Of a stretch of 46,056 nucleotides of DNA, positions 7,861 through 18,824 are shown piece by piece (position 1 is the first letter of the stretch; each line of letters opens with the position of its first letter). The stretch covers positions 1 through 46,056 of the forward strand of contig JBFIHF010000012.1 of NCBI GenBank assembly GCA_041601915.1, given 5' to 3'. The notes under the pieces are model-generated. The model did not search any database. It saw only the letters and a program-made list of their open reading frames with translations, and was not told where the DNA came from. Origin of the DNA: Bradymonadaceae bacterium (lineage in GTDB: Bacteria; Myxococcota_A; Bradymonadia; Bradymonadales; Bradymonadaceae). The position numbers and the translations under genes were made by a program.

Positions 7861-9174
7861 ATGCTCGCGCGCTACGCCCGCCCCCAGATGACGGAGCTGT
7901 GGACTGAGGAGCACAAACTCGCGCTGTGGTTTGAGATCGAACTCGCCGCGGTGGAGGGATGGTCCGCGGAAGGGCTGGTCCCGGCCGAGGCCGCAGCGCA
8001 CATCCGCGAGCGGGCGGTGCTGGATGTGGCGCGGGTCCTGGAGATCGAGCAGGTCACGCGGCACGACGTCGCCGCGTTCGTGCAGTCGCTCGAAGAGAGC
8101 GTCGGCGCCGAGCACGGTCGCTGGATCCATTTCGGGATGACGTCGAGCGATGTGCTGGACACCGCGTTCGCGATCCAGTTGCGCGACGCGGGGGACTTGC
8201 TGCTCGCCGGTCTCGACGAGCTGCTCGGCGTGATCGAGACGCGTGCTCGGGAATTCGCGACGACCCCGAAGATCGGTCGGAGCCACGGGATTCATGCCGA
8301 GCCGACGACCTTCGGGCACACGCTGACGTCGTGGTACGCGGAGACGGCGCGGAATCGCGTGCGCCTCGCGGCGGCGCGGGAATCCGTCGCGTACGGAAAG
8401 ATCTCTGGTGCCGTGGGCACGTTTGCCAACGTGCCCCCGTCGGTGGAGGCGTTTGTCTGCGAGAAACTGGGGCTTTCGGCCGACCCGTGCTCGACGCAGG
8501 TCATCTCGCGCGATCGCCACGCCGAGTTCTTTCTGACGCTGGCGTTGATCGCGTCGAGTCTCGAGCGTTTCGCGATCGAGATCCGCCATATGCAGCGCAC
8601 CGAGGTGGGCGAAGCCGAGGAACGGTTCCACGTCGGGCAGAAGGGGTCGAGCGCGATGCCGCACAAGCGGAACCCGGTGCTCACCGAGAACATCACGGGT
8701 CTGGCGCGCACGGTGCGCTCCTACGCGATGGCCGCGATGGAGAACGTCGCGCTGTGGCACGAGCGCGACATCAGCCATTCGTCGGTCGAGCGCGTGATTG
8801 GTCCGGATGCGACGACATTGCTCGACTTCGCGCTGCACCGCATGATCGGGGTGGTCCGCGACCTCGTGGTCTACCCGGAACGGCTGCGCGCGAATCTCGA
8901 CCTGACCCGTGGCTTGCCGTTCAGTCAGGCGGTGCTGCTGGAACTGATCCGTGCCGGACTGTCTCGCGACGAGTCCTATCGGATGGTTCAGAAGGTCGCG
9001 ATGAACGCCTGGGAGAATGACCTGTCGTTCGAGACCGGCGCGCGCGCCGACACCGATATCGCCGGGCGTCTCAGCGCGGCGACTCTGGACAACTGTTTCG
9101 ACCTCGACCGCACGCTGTCGAGGTTGCCGGCCATCTACGACCGTGTCTTTCCCGCACCCCCGAGCGAGCAATGA
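7861..9174 (+). CDS. purB: Adenylosuccinate lyase.
   Basis: MLARYARPQMTELWTEEHKLALWFEIE... aligns along its whole length with B. subtilis PurB ([27 protein letters not shown]...). The fumarate-lyase signature GSSAMPHKRNP is present. The ORF-track start at 7588 is an unsupported N-terminal extension that overlaps the upstream gene. Confidence 0.9.
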   Translation: MLARYARPQMTELWTEEHKLALWFEIELAAVEGWSAEGLVPAEAAAHIRERAVLDVARVLEIEQVTRHDVAAFVQSLEESVGAEHGRWIHFGMTSSDVLDTAFAIQLRDAGDLLLAGLDELLGVIETRAREFATTPKIGRSHGIHAEPTTFGHTLTSWYAETARNRVRLAAARESVAYGKISGAVGTFANVPPSVEAFVCEKLGLSADPCSTQVISRDRHAEFFLTLALIASSLERFAIEIRHMQRTEVGEAEERFHVGQKGSSAMPHKRNPVLTENITGLARTVRSYAMAAMENVALWHERDISHSSVERVIGPDATTLLDFALHRMIGVVRDLVVYPERLRANLDLTRGLPFSQAVLLELIRAGLSRDESYRMVQKVAMNAWENDLSFETGARADTDIAGRLSAATLDNCFDLDRTLSRLPAIYDRVFPAPPSEQ

Positions 9175-9217
9175 AGCGAATCCTGGCGACCGATCACCCC
9201 CACACGAAGGTCTCGGT

Positions 9218-9466
9218 ATGAAGGCCCGCGTGTTGATCCGGAACAAGCGCGGGGTGTTCGATCCGCAAGGCAAGGTCGTGGAGGGCGGTTTGTTGCGCCT
9301 GGGGTACGACGCGGTGAAGTCCGTGCGCGTCGGCAAAGTCGTCGAGATCGAACTCGACGCCACCGACGAGGCGCAGGCGACGGCCCAGATCGACCAGATG
9401 TGCGCGCAGTTTCTGGTGAATCCAGTGATCGAGGAGTACTCGATCGAGTTCGAGGACCGGGCGTGA
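9218..9466 (+). CDS. purS: FGAM synthase PurS subunit.
   Basis: An 82-aa product [25 protein letters not shown]... typical of PurS. It sits directly upstream of purQ with a GTGA overlap. Confidence 0.85.
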   Translation: MKARVLIRNKRGVFDPQGKVVEGGLLRLGYDAVKSVRVGKVVEIELDATDEAQATAQIDQMCAQFLVNPVIEEYSIEFEDRA

Positions 9467-10134
9467 AATTCGGAATCGTGGTGTTCCCGGGCTCGAACTG
9501 CGACCGCGACTGTCATCACGCCGTGACGCACGCGCTGGGCGAGGACGCCGAGTACGTGTGGCATCGCGAGACCACCGTTGACGGCTTTGACGCGCTCATC
9601 ATTCCGGGCGGCTTCTCCTATGGCGACTACCTGCGCTGCGGGGCGATCGCGAAGTTGAGTCCCGTGATGGACGCAGTGCGCGACTTTGCGGAGCGCGGCG
9701 GGCCGGTGGTCGGGATCTGCAACGGCTTTCAGATCCTGTTGGAGTGCGGACTGCTGCCGGGCGCGATGTTGCGCAATCGCTCGTTGCGCTTCATTTGCAA
9801 GCCGGTGCAGCTGCGCGTCGCCACGACGCGCACGGCGTTCACGTCGGCGTACTCCCTCGGACAGGTTGTGACGATCCCGATCGCGCACGCGGAGGGCAAC
9901 TACACGATCGACGCCGACGGACTCGCGCGACTGCGCGACGAGGATCGCGTCGTGCTCGAGTATCTCGACAACCCCAATGGCAGCGCGGGCGATATTGCCG
10001 GCATCTGTAACGGTCGCGGGAATGTCGTCGGGCTGATGCCACACCCGGAGCGCGCCGCGGAGGCGGCGCTGGGTAGCACGGACGGCCTCGCCCTGCTTCA
10101 GAGCGCGGCTTCGTGGGTGGGAGGTTCGCGATGA
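9463..10134 (+). CDS. purQ: FGAM synthase glutaminase subunit PurQ.
   Basis: [17 protein letters not shown]...GICNGFQIL is a class I glutamine amidotransferase with the catalytic Cys. The GTG start overlaps the purS stop, and the stop overlaps the purL ATG (ATGA). Confidence 0.85.
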   Translation: MKFGIVVFPGSNCDRDCHHAVTHALGEDAEYVWHRETTVDGFDALIIPGGFSYGDYLRCGAIAKLSPVMDAVRDFAERGGPVVGICNGFQILLECGLLPGAMLRNRSLRFICKPVQLRVATTRTAFTSAYSLGQVVTIPIAHAEGNYTIDADGLARLRDEDRVVLEYLDNPNGSAGDIAGICNGRGNVVGLMPHPERAAEAALGSTDGLALLQSAASWVGGSR

Positions 10135-12338
10135 CGGTGACGCGTGAGATGGTGCACGAACACGGCTTGACGGACCTCGAGTACGACCACGCGCTGAACG
10201 TCCTCGGCCGCACGCCGACGCTGACGGAGCTCGGCATCATCAGTGTGATGTGGTCGGAACACTGCTCCTACAAGTCCAGTCGGATTCACCTCGCGACGTT
10301 GCCCACCGACGGGCCGCAGGTCGTTCAGGGGCCCGGCGAGAACGCCGGTGCGGTCGATATCGGTGGCGGGCTCGCCGCGGTGTTCAAGATGGAGTCGCAC
10401 AACCATCCCAGTTTCATCGAGCCCTACCAGGGCGCGGCGACGGGCGTCGGCGGCATCCTGCGCGACGTGTTCACGATGGGCGCGCGCCCAATCGCGAACC
10501 TCAATAGCTTGCGGTTTGGTCGGATCGACCATCCGAAGACTCCGCACCTGTTCTGGGGCGTGGTGGGCGGCATCGCTGGGTATGGCAACTGCGTCGGCGT
10601 CCCGACGGTCGGCGGCGAGATCTACTTCGACAGCTGCTACGACGGGAACATCCTGGTCAACGCGTTCACGTTGGGGGTCTGTCCGACGGACGGGATCTTC
10701 AAGGGCATCGCCGCGGGCATCGGGAATCCGGTGTTCTACGTCGGGGCCGGGACGGGGCGCGACGGGATTCACGGGGCGACGATGGCGTCCGCGGAGTTCG
10801 ACGCGGACTCCGATGAGAAGCGCCCCACGGTGCAGGTCGGCGACCCCTTTCGCGAGAAGCTGCTCATCGAGGCGTGCCTCGAGTTGATGCAGACCGGCGC
10901 GATTGTCGGGATCCAGGACATGGGAGCGGCGGGCCTCACCAGTTCTTCGGTCGAGATGGCCGATCGCGGCAAGGTGGGGCTGCTGCTCGACATCGACCGC
11001 GTGCCGATGCGCGAGGACGGCATGACGGCCTACGAGGCGATGCTCTCCGAGTCCCAAGAGCGAATGCTGGTCGTCATCGAAGAGGGCCGTGAGGACGAGG
11101 TCCAGCGCGTGTTCCAGAAGTGGGAACTCGAGTGGGCGCAGGTCGGTGAAGTCATCGAGGAGCAAGTGCTTCGGGTGATGCAGCACGGTGAGGTACAGGC
11201 GGAGCTGCCAGTGGGGCTGCTCACGTCCGACGCCCCGCAGTACGATCGTCCGCGGTCGCGGCCGCGATACCTCGACGCGCTGTCTTCGCCGCCGATCGAC
11301 GCGCCGGTCTCCCTGGAGGCCGCGTTCATCGAGCTGCTGTCGAGCCCGAACATCGGATCGCGCGCGCCGGTTTGGGAACAATACGACCACATGGTGGGCG
11401 TGGGGACCGTCGTCAATCCGGGGCAGGCCGGCGCCGCGGTCCTTCGGATCCCGGGGACGGACCGCGCGGTGGCGCTCGCCGTGGATTGCAACAGCCGCAA
11501 GGTCTACGTCAACCCGCGCGAGGGCGCGCGCCATGCGGTCGCGGAGTGTTCACGCAACGTCGCATGCACGGGGGCACGACCGCTGGGCACGACCGATTGT
11601 CTGAACTTCGGCGACCCCACCGTTCCCGAAGTGATGTGGCAGCTCGTCGAGGCGATCGCGGGGCTCGGCGAAGCCTGTCGCGCGCTCGACGTGCCGATCG
11701 TCGGAGGCAATGTGAGCCTCTACAACACCACGGACGGCGTCAGCATCTACCCGACACCGACTGTTGCGGTCGTCGGTGCCTTCGAGCAGCCGATTGGCCG
11801 CGACGAGCGCGGCGACGTGGGCTTCGTGGCCGGGAGCTGCCAGGCCGCCCACGACGCGGTCGTGCTGCTGGGCGCCACGGATGCGAGCGACCTCGGCGCG
11901 TCCGAGTACTTGTTTCTGAGGACGGGCTCGATTGGCGCCTCGATTCCGCGCATCGACCTCGACGCGGAGGCGCGGCTGCAACAGCTCGTGCGGAGCCTCG
12001 TGGCGGCGCGCTCGATCCGCAGCGCACACGACTGCGCTGAGGGCGGCCTCGGGATCGCGTTGGTGGAGACTGTCCTGGGCACCCCGTTCGGTATCGAGCT
12101 GGAGCTCGAGCCGATCGACCGACCGGATCTGTGGCTGTTCAGCGAGTCACCCTCGCGGGTCATCGTCTCGACGCCCAGCGCTGATACGGTACTGGCGGCG
12201 GCGGCGGCGGCGGGCGTCCCGGCGACCGTGATCGGCACCGTCACCGATGTCGCGCTGCTTCGATGGCGGGGGTTGTTGGAGCTCGTGCTAGACGATGCGC
12301 GCGAGGCTCACGCCGGCGCGCTCGCCCGGCTCAGTTGA
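10131..12338 (+). CDS. purL: FGAM synthase subunit PurL.
   Basis: The N-terminus [50 protein letters not shown] is characteristic of PurL. The two AIRS-like halves are present. Confidence 0.9.
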   Translation: MTVTREMVHEHGLTDLEYDHALNVLGRTPTLTELGIISVMWSEHCSYKSSRIHLATLPTDGPQVVQGPGENAGAVDIGGGLAAVFKMESHNHPSFIEPYQGAATGVGGILRDVFTMGARPIANLNSLRFGRIDHPKTPHLFWGVVGGIAGYGNCVGVPTVGGEIYFDSCYDGNILVNAFTLGVCPTDGIFKGIAAGIGNPVFYVGAGTGRDGIHGATMASAEFDADSDEKRPTVQVGDPFREKLLIEACLELMQTGAIVGIQDMGAAGLTSSSVEMADRGKVGLLLDIDRVPMREDGMTAYEAMLSESQERMLVVIEEGREDEVQRVFQKWELEWAQVGEVIEEQVLRVMQHGEVQAELPVGLLTSDAPQYDRPRSRPRYLDALSSPPIDAPVSLEAAFIELLSSPNIGSRAPVWEQYDHMVGVGTVVNPGQAGAAVLRIPGTDRAVALAVDCNSRKVYVNPREGARHAVAECSRNVACTGARPLGTTDCLNFGDPTVPEVMWQLVEAIAGLGEACRALDVPIVGGNVSLYNTTDGVSIYPTPTVAVVGAFEQPIGRDERGDVGFVAGSCQAAHDAVVLLGATDASDLGASEYLFLRTGSIGASIPRIDLDAEARLQQLVRSLVAARSIRSAHDCAEGGLGIALVETVLGTPFGIELELEPIDRPDLWLFSESPSRVIVSTPSADTVLAAAAAAGVPATVIGTVTDVALLRWRGLLELVLDDAREAHAGALARLS

Positions 12339-14196
12339 GCCGGCGCTCGCAGTCGTAGGTCAGTTCGAGCGCCTTGAGACGCGGCGCGAACACGTTGTTG
12401 TTCGCATCGCGCACCGCCGTCAACTCGACCTCGATCTCGATGAACTGAACCCCTTGCAGCCCCGAGTCGATCACGAGCTGCTCGATGCTGATCGGTGAGG
12501 TCGCCGGCGGCACCGTGGCGACGAGGATCCATCCCGCCGTGGCGACCTCGGCGGGCGTGTTGCCGCCGCGGATCTGGATCGTGACCATCGATCCGCCCGG
12601 AGTCTCCACGTCGAATCGGAGCTCTTTGTATTCGGTCGGCAGGAAGTTGCCGTCCGTCGGGCAGCCCTCGAACAGGCGCCGATAGAACCCGCGCTGGTCG
12701 GTGGCGAAACGCAGCTGTGAGCCGGTCATGTCGGAGTAGGTGTACGGGCTGACCAGCTGTGGCACGACATTGGCGGTGACGGTGTTGTCGTTGAGCGTGG
12801 GACCCGGCACGACGACGGTCGCGTCGTTGTGACTGATGTTGATCGCCCAGACTTTGCCGTCGAGGTCGATCGCCATGCCTTTGGCCGAGGACTGCGTGCC
12901 TGGCACGTCGAGGTGCGACGCGGGATTCTCGGCGTCGTAACGGACGATACCGTTGCCCATCCCAGCGCCCCAGATGAAGCCCTTGTCGTCGGCCGCGATG
13001 CCGTGGATGAACGGGACGTCGGACACGGAGACGATCCGGCTTCCGACGGCCTGCGCCGGGTCGTATCGCAGCGTGGACTGGCCGCCGACCCAGACGCGCT
13101 GCTTGAAGTCGACGGTGATGCCGTAGGGGGTGTGTGTGATCGGAATGCGCTGCTTGATCGCGTCGTCGAAGGCCTCGCCGTCCATCGTGGGCACGTCGCA
13201 GTTGGCGGTCGTCGTGCAGCGCAGGGTGTCGATGCGGCCGAGGGCCCCGTCGGACCAACCCGAAATCCAGAGGTTGCCTTTGCCGTCCAGCGCGAAGCCG
13301 TAGCAGGAGACCGGGGACGGGGTCTGCACGAGGATCGCGCCGGTGTCGCCGTCGAGTTTCCAGACGACGCCGCTCCAGCCGCCGATCCAGACGGCGGGGC
13401 GTGCGGTGTCGTCGTTCACGCGTGCGTCCTGAGCCGCGACGCTACGAATGACGCCGCCGTCGGGCACCGGCACATTCCAGATGATGCAATCGTCCTGGCC
13501 CCACGGAAGGATGTCCGCGGGTCCCGAGGAGGTGGTGATCATCCCGTCGCCGTTGTTGTCGGCGCAGTCCGCGCCGAGCCCCGAGATCTTTGTCACGGTG
13601 CGTCCGCCACGGTTGCCGACGTAGACATCGCCGAACGTGTTGACGCTGGTCCGCGAGGGGTCGTTTCCGCCCGCCGCCGGTCCGGTCCAGTATCGCGCGG
13701 TTTCGGTGAAGGTGTCCGTGTCGACCTTGGAAATCGTGCCCTCGCCGGTGTTCGAGATCCAGATGAACTTGGCCTCGATGCGGCGGATGTCGATGGTGAC
13801 GGCGCCGTCGGCGTCGAGCACCACACCTTGGGAGTTCTCGGTGTCCGTGTTGTCGATCCCGAACGGATTGGGGGTGCCGGGCCCGGCCTCTTCGAGTTGG
13901 CAGAACGCGTCGCAGTTGCCACACACGCCGGGCGTCTCGCAATCTCCGTTGTTCGCCGATGCTTTACAGGTGCCGCCCTCGCAGATGCCGGAGGGGCAGT
14001 CCGTGCCGACGACGCAGGTCCCCGGATTTGCGTTCGGGGTGTTGTTCGGCGTGACGTTGTTGGCGATCGTGTCGTCGTTGGGTTCGGTAATCGTGGATTC
14101 AGTGCAGCCACCACACGATGCAAAGATCGCGATCGAGATGCCCGCGAGTGACCGGGCCAGTATCTGAGAGGGATTCATGGTCGCTGCCTGTGTCAT
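12331..14196 (-). CDS. Secreted lipoprotein with an N-terminal Cys-rich module and a beta-propeller body (NHL/SMP-30/LVIVD-like repeats).
   Basis: There is a signal peptide with a lipobox (IAIFASCGG). The Cys-rich stretch is [20 protein letters not shown]...CGNCDAFC. Repeated ...GxxxxWxG/...GNLWIS... blades are visible. The stop overlaps the purL stop by 8 bp (convergent). Confidence 0.6.
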   Translation of the reverse strand: MTQAATMNPSQILARSLAGISIAIFASCGGCTESTITEPNDDTIANNVTPNNTPNANPGTCVVGTDCPSGICEGGTCKASANNGDCETPGVCGNCDAFCQLEEAGPGTPNPFGIDNTDTENSQGVVLDADGAVTIDIRRIEAKFIWISNTGEGTISKVDTDTFTETARYWTGPAAGGNDPSRTSVNTFGDVYVGNRGGRTVTKISGLGADCADNNGDGMITTSSGPADILPWGQDDCIIWNVPVPDGGVIRSVAAQDARVNDDTARPAVWIGGWSGVVWKLDGDTGAILVQTPSPVSCYGFALDGKGNLWISGWSDGALGRIDTLRCTTTANCDVPTMDGEAFDDAIKQRIPITHTPYGITVDFKQRVWVGGQSTLRYDPAQAVGSRIVSVSDVPFIHGIAADDKGFIWGAGMGNGIVRYDAENPASHLDVPGTQSSAKGMAIDLDGKVWAINISHNDATVVVPGPTLNDNTVTANVVPQLVSPYTYSDMTGSQLRFATDQRGFYRRLFEGCPTDGNFLPTEYKELRFDVETPGGSMVTIQIRGGNTPAEVATAGWILVATVPPATSPISIEQLVIDSGLQGVQFIEIEVELTAVRDANNNVFAPRLKALELTYDCERRLN

Positions 14197-14229
14197 CGTT
14201 CAACAATTTCGACTAGCATAGCACCAGCG

Positions 14230-15255
14230 TTGAGTACCATCAAAAGGTCCGGTCCCCAAATGTCCTCATACCCGCAGTTCATCGCGCGAATCGGACTTCT
14301 GAGCCTCGTCTGGTCGACGGTCGGTTGTGGTCAACCGAACCCGAACAACGAGCCCTCCGATCTGGGACGACCCTCCGACACGCGAGAACCCGATGTCGGC
14401 GAGGACGTCGTGGACGCTCGTCCGGCGGCGCGGCTGAAGGTCGCGACGTTCAACGTCGGTCGCCTCTTCGACACGGTGTGTGATTCGAACAACTGCGGGG
14501 ACAGCAACGATTTCGAGCGCCAGTACAGCCCGCCGGAGTTCGACTTCAAGATCGGTCAGATTGGGGGGGCGCTGGAGGAGTTGGACGCCGACATCGTGGC
14601 GTTGGAGGAGGTCGAGAACCAAGCGTGTCTGGATGCGCTGGTCGCCGAGCGGCCCGAGTACGACTTTGCGGTGCTCGGAGAGATCGGCGGAAGCGCCTCG
14701 CTGGACGTCGCGGTGATCGGGCGCGGGCTGATCCATCTGGAGACCCGGAAACATCGGGCCGACACCCAGCTGATGTTGATCGACGGGCGAACGAAGAGCT
14801 TCGCCCGGGAGTTGCTGGAGGTTCACTTCGAGCTGCAGGGCAAGCGCGTCGTCGTGTTTGCCGCTCACTTCAAGGCGCAGCGCAACGACGATCCGGAGTG
14901 GCGGCTCGGGGAGGCGACGGTCGCACGTGAGATCGCCGAAGCGACCCAGGCGGAGTTTCCCGCCGCGTTTGTGTACCTCAGCGGCGATCTCAATGATGAG
15001 CCCGGCACGCCGCCGCTGGACGCGATCACCGGAAGCGGGGGGCTCGTCTCGGTGACGGAGGGGCTGCCGAAAGAAGACATCTGGACCTACGGCTTCATCA
15101 ACACTCGCATCGCGATCGACCACATCCTGTATGTGCCGGCCGAGGCCGCGGAGCTGGTCGCGGGCACCGCGGAGGTGGTCCGCGACGCGTCGGGTGCGTT
15201 CGGTGGCTCCGATCACGCCGCGCTGCGGGCCGAGTTCAACGTCTTCACGGACTGA
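14230..15255 (+). CDS. Lipoprotein of the endonuclease/exonuclease/phosphatase (EEP, DNase I-like) family.
   Basis: The lipobox is LVWSTVGCG. EEP motifs are LKVATFNVGRLFD, DADIVALEEVEN and the C-terminal SDHAALRAEF. The true start may be the second ATG at ~14260. Confidence 0.7.
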   Translation: MSTIKRSGPQMSSYPQFIARIGLLSLVWSTVGCGQPNPNNEPSDLGRPSDTREPDVGEDVVDARPAARLKVATFNVGRLFDTVCDSNNCGDSNDFERQYSPPEFDFKIGQIGGALEELDADIVALEEVENQACLDALVAERPEYDFAVLGEIGGSASLDVAVIGRGLIHLETRKHRADTQLMLIDGRTKSFARELLEVHFELQGKRVVVFAAHFKAQRNDDPEWRLGEATVAREIAEATQAEFPAAFVYLSGDLNDEPGTPPLDAITGSGGLVSVTEGLPKEDIWTYGFINTRIAIDHILYVPAEAAELVAGTAEVVRDASGAFGGSDHAALRAEFNVFTD

Positions 15256-15286
15256 GGGCGTCAAACTTGGCCGAGCGGGTTGCGGC

Positions 15287-15316
15287 GTTGCCTCGTGGGC
15301 CGAGCGCGTGGTAATA
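15287..15316 (+). promoter_or_regulatory. Candidate sigma70-type promoter, TTGCCT-18-TGgTAATAC (extended -10), upstream of the HEAT-repeat gene.
   Basis: This is a sequence match only. High-GC promoters are poorly predicted by eye. Confidence 0.25.
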
Positions 15317-15346
15317 CTGGTGCATCCCGGGGTGTTTGGAATTTCG

Positions 15347-17050
15347 ATGGATCGTCAAAAGGTCGCCCAACTGGTCGACGCGCTGGACCATCCCGATTCG
15401 GGGTTCCAGCGCGACATCATGGATCAGCTCATCGCAGAGGGCGGGGCGATCCTCGACCCCCTCGTGGCTAATCTGAACCAGGCCGAGCCACGCGCGCGCA
15501 GCTGCATCGTGCGGGTCCTCGGCGAGATCGGCGATCCCGAGGCGTTGCTTCCCTTGATGCGCTTCGTGTTCGATCGCCGCGGCTCGATTCCGGACAGCGA
15601 TGCCCGTGGGTTGGCGATGAAAGCGATCGCCGACCTCGCTCACGGCGATGAGATCGCGCCGAAAATGTTCCAGTTTCTGCTCGAAGTGTATCAGGACGAT
15701 GACGCGTTCGTGCGCGGCTACGCGATGACGTTGCTGGGGCGCTTCGGCGATCGGCGGGCGATGCCGATCGTACAAGAGGCGCTCGTCGACGACACCGACT
15801 TCGTCCAGGAGCGCGCGCGTGCGGCCGTCAAAGCGCTGGAGCAAAAGATCGCCGACGCGCCGAACGAGAGCGTGGACGACGAGGCGCTGCTGCAGGCGAT
15901 TCGCAGTAAGCAGGGGGCCGAACGCCAGTACTACCTGAATGAGCTGCGCGCTCGGCCCAATGCGTTCGAGTTGTGTGAGCAGCTCATCGCCGAGGGAGGG
16001 CGCGGGGTGATCGCGGGGCTCGAGTTCATGCTCGCCACCGACGATCCGAGAGCCCGCGGCGTCGCGCGACGCCAGGCGATGGGGACGGAGACGAGTTCGG
16101 AACTCGCGATCTGCCTACGGATTCTGAACCAGTTTCTGGAAGCTGACGCGACCGACGACGAGCTCGCCACGATCCGCGGGGCGCTGTATCACGAGGACAA
16201 CTTCGTGAAACTCGCCGCGATCGAAGCGGCTGGCCGCTCCGGTGACGCGACGCTGATCGAGCGCGCCGTGGACGCGACGCGCGACCACGATATGGAACGG
16301 CGTCACGCCGCCGCACGCGGGTTGTCATTTGGGCTGAGCCCCTCATTCCGCAAAGTTCTGCCGGACCTCATGCACGCGTTCGGGCTCGCCAATGCGCGCC
16401 GGCTCGCGGTCACGACGGACGACACGGTCCGTATCGAGGCCTATATCGTGCGCGCGATCCGGCTGATTGTTCAAGAAGGTGGGTTCGGCACGACGCAGGC
16501 TCAGGAAGTGGCGCTGACGGCTCTGGAGGGCGCGCTCGATTGCAAACCGCTGCTGGTGACGTCGTTGGAGCTTCTCGACGTCACGACTCCCCAGGAAGGG
16601 TTTCCCAAGGACCGGCGCTGGGAAGCGGAGCTGGCGCGCAACCTCGTCGAGTTGCTACAGCACCCCGACGACGCGGTGCGGGATCGGGTGCTGACCCTGT
16701 TGATGCGGGGCGCGCCACCGATGCGCTCGATGTACCACGCCCTGTCGCGCATTGTGTTCGACAAGGGGGCCGACATCGTCGGCAAAGTCATCCCGCTCAT
16801 CGAGTCGATCGGCGATGACCGCAGCAAGAAGCTGCTGCAAGATCTGGCCGAAGAGAAGGACGAGGCGATCCGCGTCGCGGCGGGCGCCGCTCTGACTCGA
16901 CTGCGCAACACCGAGGACGTCATCGACGCGGAGTTCGAAACGGCGCAGTACGGTCGTGGTGGTCCCGCGATGCAGACGGGAGACGAGCCCCGGAAGGCCG
17001 AATCCGAGGCGGATGTGGCGGACGCCGAATTCGACGACGAAGAATTCTAG
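15347..17050 (+). CDS. HEAT/PBS-lyase-like repeat protein, ~567 aa.
   Basis: HEAT-like units such as VRVLGEIGDPEALLPL and VRGYAMTLLGRFGDRRAMPIV recur along the protein. It ends in an acidic tail. The ORF-track start at 15131 is an upstream extension; the ATG at 15347 matches the onset of the repeats. Confidence 0.65.
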   Translation: MDRQKVAQLVDALDHPDSGFQRDIMDQLIAEGGAILDPLVANLNQAEPRARSCIVRVLGEIGDPEALLPLMRFVFDRRGSIPDSDARGLAMKAIADLAHGDEIAPKMFQFLLEVYQDDDAFVRGYAMTLLGRFGDRRAMPIVQEALVDDTDFVQERARAAVKALEQKIADAPNESVDDEALLQAIRSKQGAERQYYLNELRARPNAFELCEQLIAEGGRGVIAGLEFMLATDDPRARGVARRQAMGTETSSELAICLRILNQFLEADATDDELATIRGALYHEDNFVKLAAIEAAGRSGDATLIERAVDATRDHDMERRHAAARGLSFGLSPSFRKVLPDLMHAFGLANARRLAVTTDDTVRIEAYIVRAIRLIVQEGGFGTTQAQEVALTALEGALDCKPLLVTSLELLDVTTPQEGFPKDRRWEAELARNLVELLQHPDDAVRDRVLTLLMRGAPPMRSMYHALSRIVFDKGADIVGKVIPLIESIGDDRSKKLLQDLAEEKDEAIRVAAGAALTRLRNTEDVIDAEFETAQYGRGGPAMQTGDEPRKAESEADVADAEFDDEEF

Positions 17051-17058
17051 GCCCTAGC

Positions 17059-17973
17059 TCACGCCCAGCGAAATGATTCCATGCACTGCACTTCGTCGTA
17101 CTGATGCGTCCACCCGCTGGCGTCGCGAAACGCCTTGGCGTCGATGACCACGGGATACTTCACATGGTTGACGGCGCCCTTGGGCAGCGGCGGTAGGCCA
17201 AACCGGCCGAGGGCGAACTTGAAGACGCTCTCCGGGACGGCGATGCGTTGGCGTCCCGTGACGCGGATGAGCAGGGACAGTGGGATCGGCTGTGGTCCGC
17301 AGACATTGAAGACGCCGTTGAGCTTCGACTCGAGCGCCGTGCAGATCGCGCCGACGACGTCTTCTTCGTGCATGAACTGAAACAGTGGATCGAAGCCGAG
17401 GATGGTCGGCACTCGCGGCCCGCGCACGAAGCTCGCCAGCGTGCCGGATTTCGTCGGACCGAGCCGGTAGGTGAAGCGCAGCACGGCGGTCGTCATCTCC
17501 CGATATCGCCACAGCGCGGACCCTGCGAAGAGGTCTGCGGCGACGAGGTCGCTGAGCTCGGGAAACGTCGTCATCGCCATCGGGGGTTCGTTTTCGGTGT
17601 GATACATCGGCGAATCGGGCGCGGCGCCGTAGTAGGTGTGGCGCCCGACGAAGATGCAGTGCTTCACCCCGTACTTGCTGGCGTGGTCGAACACGGCCTG
17701 GGTGCCGCCGAGGTTGATGCGGTAGCGGTCCTCGGTCCGTTTCGCGGTCAAATGGGTCACGGTCGCCATATGGATCACGGCGTCGGGCTTCTTGGTCCGG
17801 AAGACGTCTTCGGCCGGTCGTTTGCGGATGTCGGCGCGAAACATCGTGACCTTCTTCGGCGCATCGGGCCACGGTCGTCGGTCGACGCCGTACACCGTGT
17901 GACCGGTCGCGACGAGTTTCTGCGCGACCCGTCGACCGAGGGGCCCCGAGATGCCGGTGATGAGGACCTTCAT
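17059..17973 (-). CDS. NAD-dependent epimerase/dehydratase family protein.
   Basis: Rossmann N-terminus [20 protein letters not shown]. The ATG overlaps the stop of the upstream acyltransferase gene (ATGA). Confidence 0.75.
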   Translation of the reverse strand: MKVLITGISGPLGRRVAQKLVATGHTVYGVDRRPWPDAPKKVTMFRADIRKRPAEDVFRTKKPDAVIHMATVTHLTAKRTEDRYRINLGGTQAVFDHASKYGVKHCIFVGRHTYYGAAPDSPMYHTENEPPMAMTTFPELSDLVAADLFAGSALWRYREMTTAVLRFTYRLGPTKSGTLASFVRGPRVPTILGFDPLFQFMHEEDVVGAICTALESKLNGVFNVCGPQPIPLSLLIRVTGRQRIAVPESVFKFALGRFGLPPLPKGAVNHVKYPVVIDAKAFRDASGWTHQYDEVQCMESFRWA

Positions 17974-18824
17974 TCGTCGGCTCCGAGTTCCACGTAGGGC
18001 AGCGCTTCGGGTACTTCGAGGTTGTTGGACCGGCGGCGCTCAACGCCAAAGTCGATCAGCGAGCGGATCTGGCGTTTCACGAGCTCGACGTTGTCGGTAA
18101 TCACTTCGTCGGCCTCATTGCCCGAGCCTTCGAACGTGCGCGCTTCGCCGAAGTAGAGCTGGCAATCCACGGGGCGGGGCACCGGCAGCAGCCACGGGGT
18201 GAACGGCACGTAGGGCACGCCCACGAGCCGTCCGAGCAGCTCGCTGTTGTGGACGGTGGGTATCGCCTCACCGCCGCCGACGAACGCGAACGGCACGATC
18301 GGGGCTTTGGCCTGCATCGCGATGCGCATGAAGCCGGTGCCGAAGCGGACCAGCGAGTTGCGGTCCTTGTACAGCTTCGCGGTGCCGCGGGCTCCCTCGG
18401 GGAACACCATCAGCATCCGATCGTCCTCGAGCAGTCGCACGGCGTGCTCGGGCAGGCCGGTGAGGTGCCCCATGCGGCTGGTCCAGAGTGAGGCGATCGG
18501 GGTGGCGTTGAGGAAGTACTCCGCCATCCCCTGGGCGAGGCGCGGTGGCTCCATCTCCATGAAGGTCGCCGCGATCGTCATCATGCCGTCGAGCGCGACG
18601 CCGCCGGAGTGGTTTCCGACCAGCATCACGCGCCCGCGATCGGGGATGTTGTGAATGCCGTAGGAGCGCACGTTGAGGTAGCGTTCGTAGACCCACGCGA
18701 GGCCGGTCAGCGCGGTGGCGACGTGTTCCTGGGAGATGCCGTAGGGGTCGAGGCCATACCGATTGAACGGGACCTCGAGCCGACGCACGCGATCCCAGAT
18801 GCGCTGACTGGCGAACATCTTCAT
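17970..18824 (-). CDS. PlsC-family lysophospholipid/glycerol-phosphate acyltransferase.
   Basis: Acyltransferase motifs are [11 protein letters not shown] (NHxxxxD) and VFPEGARG (FPEGxR). The start MKMFASQ at 18822-18824 overlaps the upstream lipoprotein stop (ATGA). The ORF-track version extends to 19454 and is not supported. Confidence 0.75.
   Translation of the reverse strand: MKMFASQRIWDRVRRLEVPFNRYGLDPYGISQEHVATALTGLAWVYERYLNVRSYGIHNIPDRGRVMLVGNHSGGVALDGMMTIAATFMEMEPPRLAQGMAEYFLNATPIASLWTSRMGHLTGLPEHAVRLLEDDRMLMVFPEGARGTAKLYKDRNSLVRFGTGFMRIAMQAKAPIVPFAFVGGGEAIPTVHNSELLGRLVGVPYVPFTPWLLPVPRPVDCQLYFGEARTFEGSGNEADEVITDNVELVKRQIRSLIDFGVERRRSNNLEVPEALPYVELGADE

Noticed and set aside
7849-10044. 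731-aa minus-strand ORF antisense to purB-purS-purQ, and a 478-aa ORF (10098..11534) antisense to purL.
   Set aside because: The sense frames match the pur enzymes end-to-end. The antisense frames are compositionally biased with no recognisable domains.
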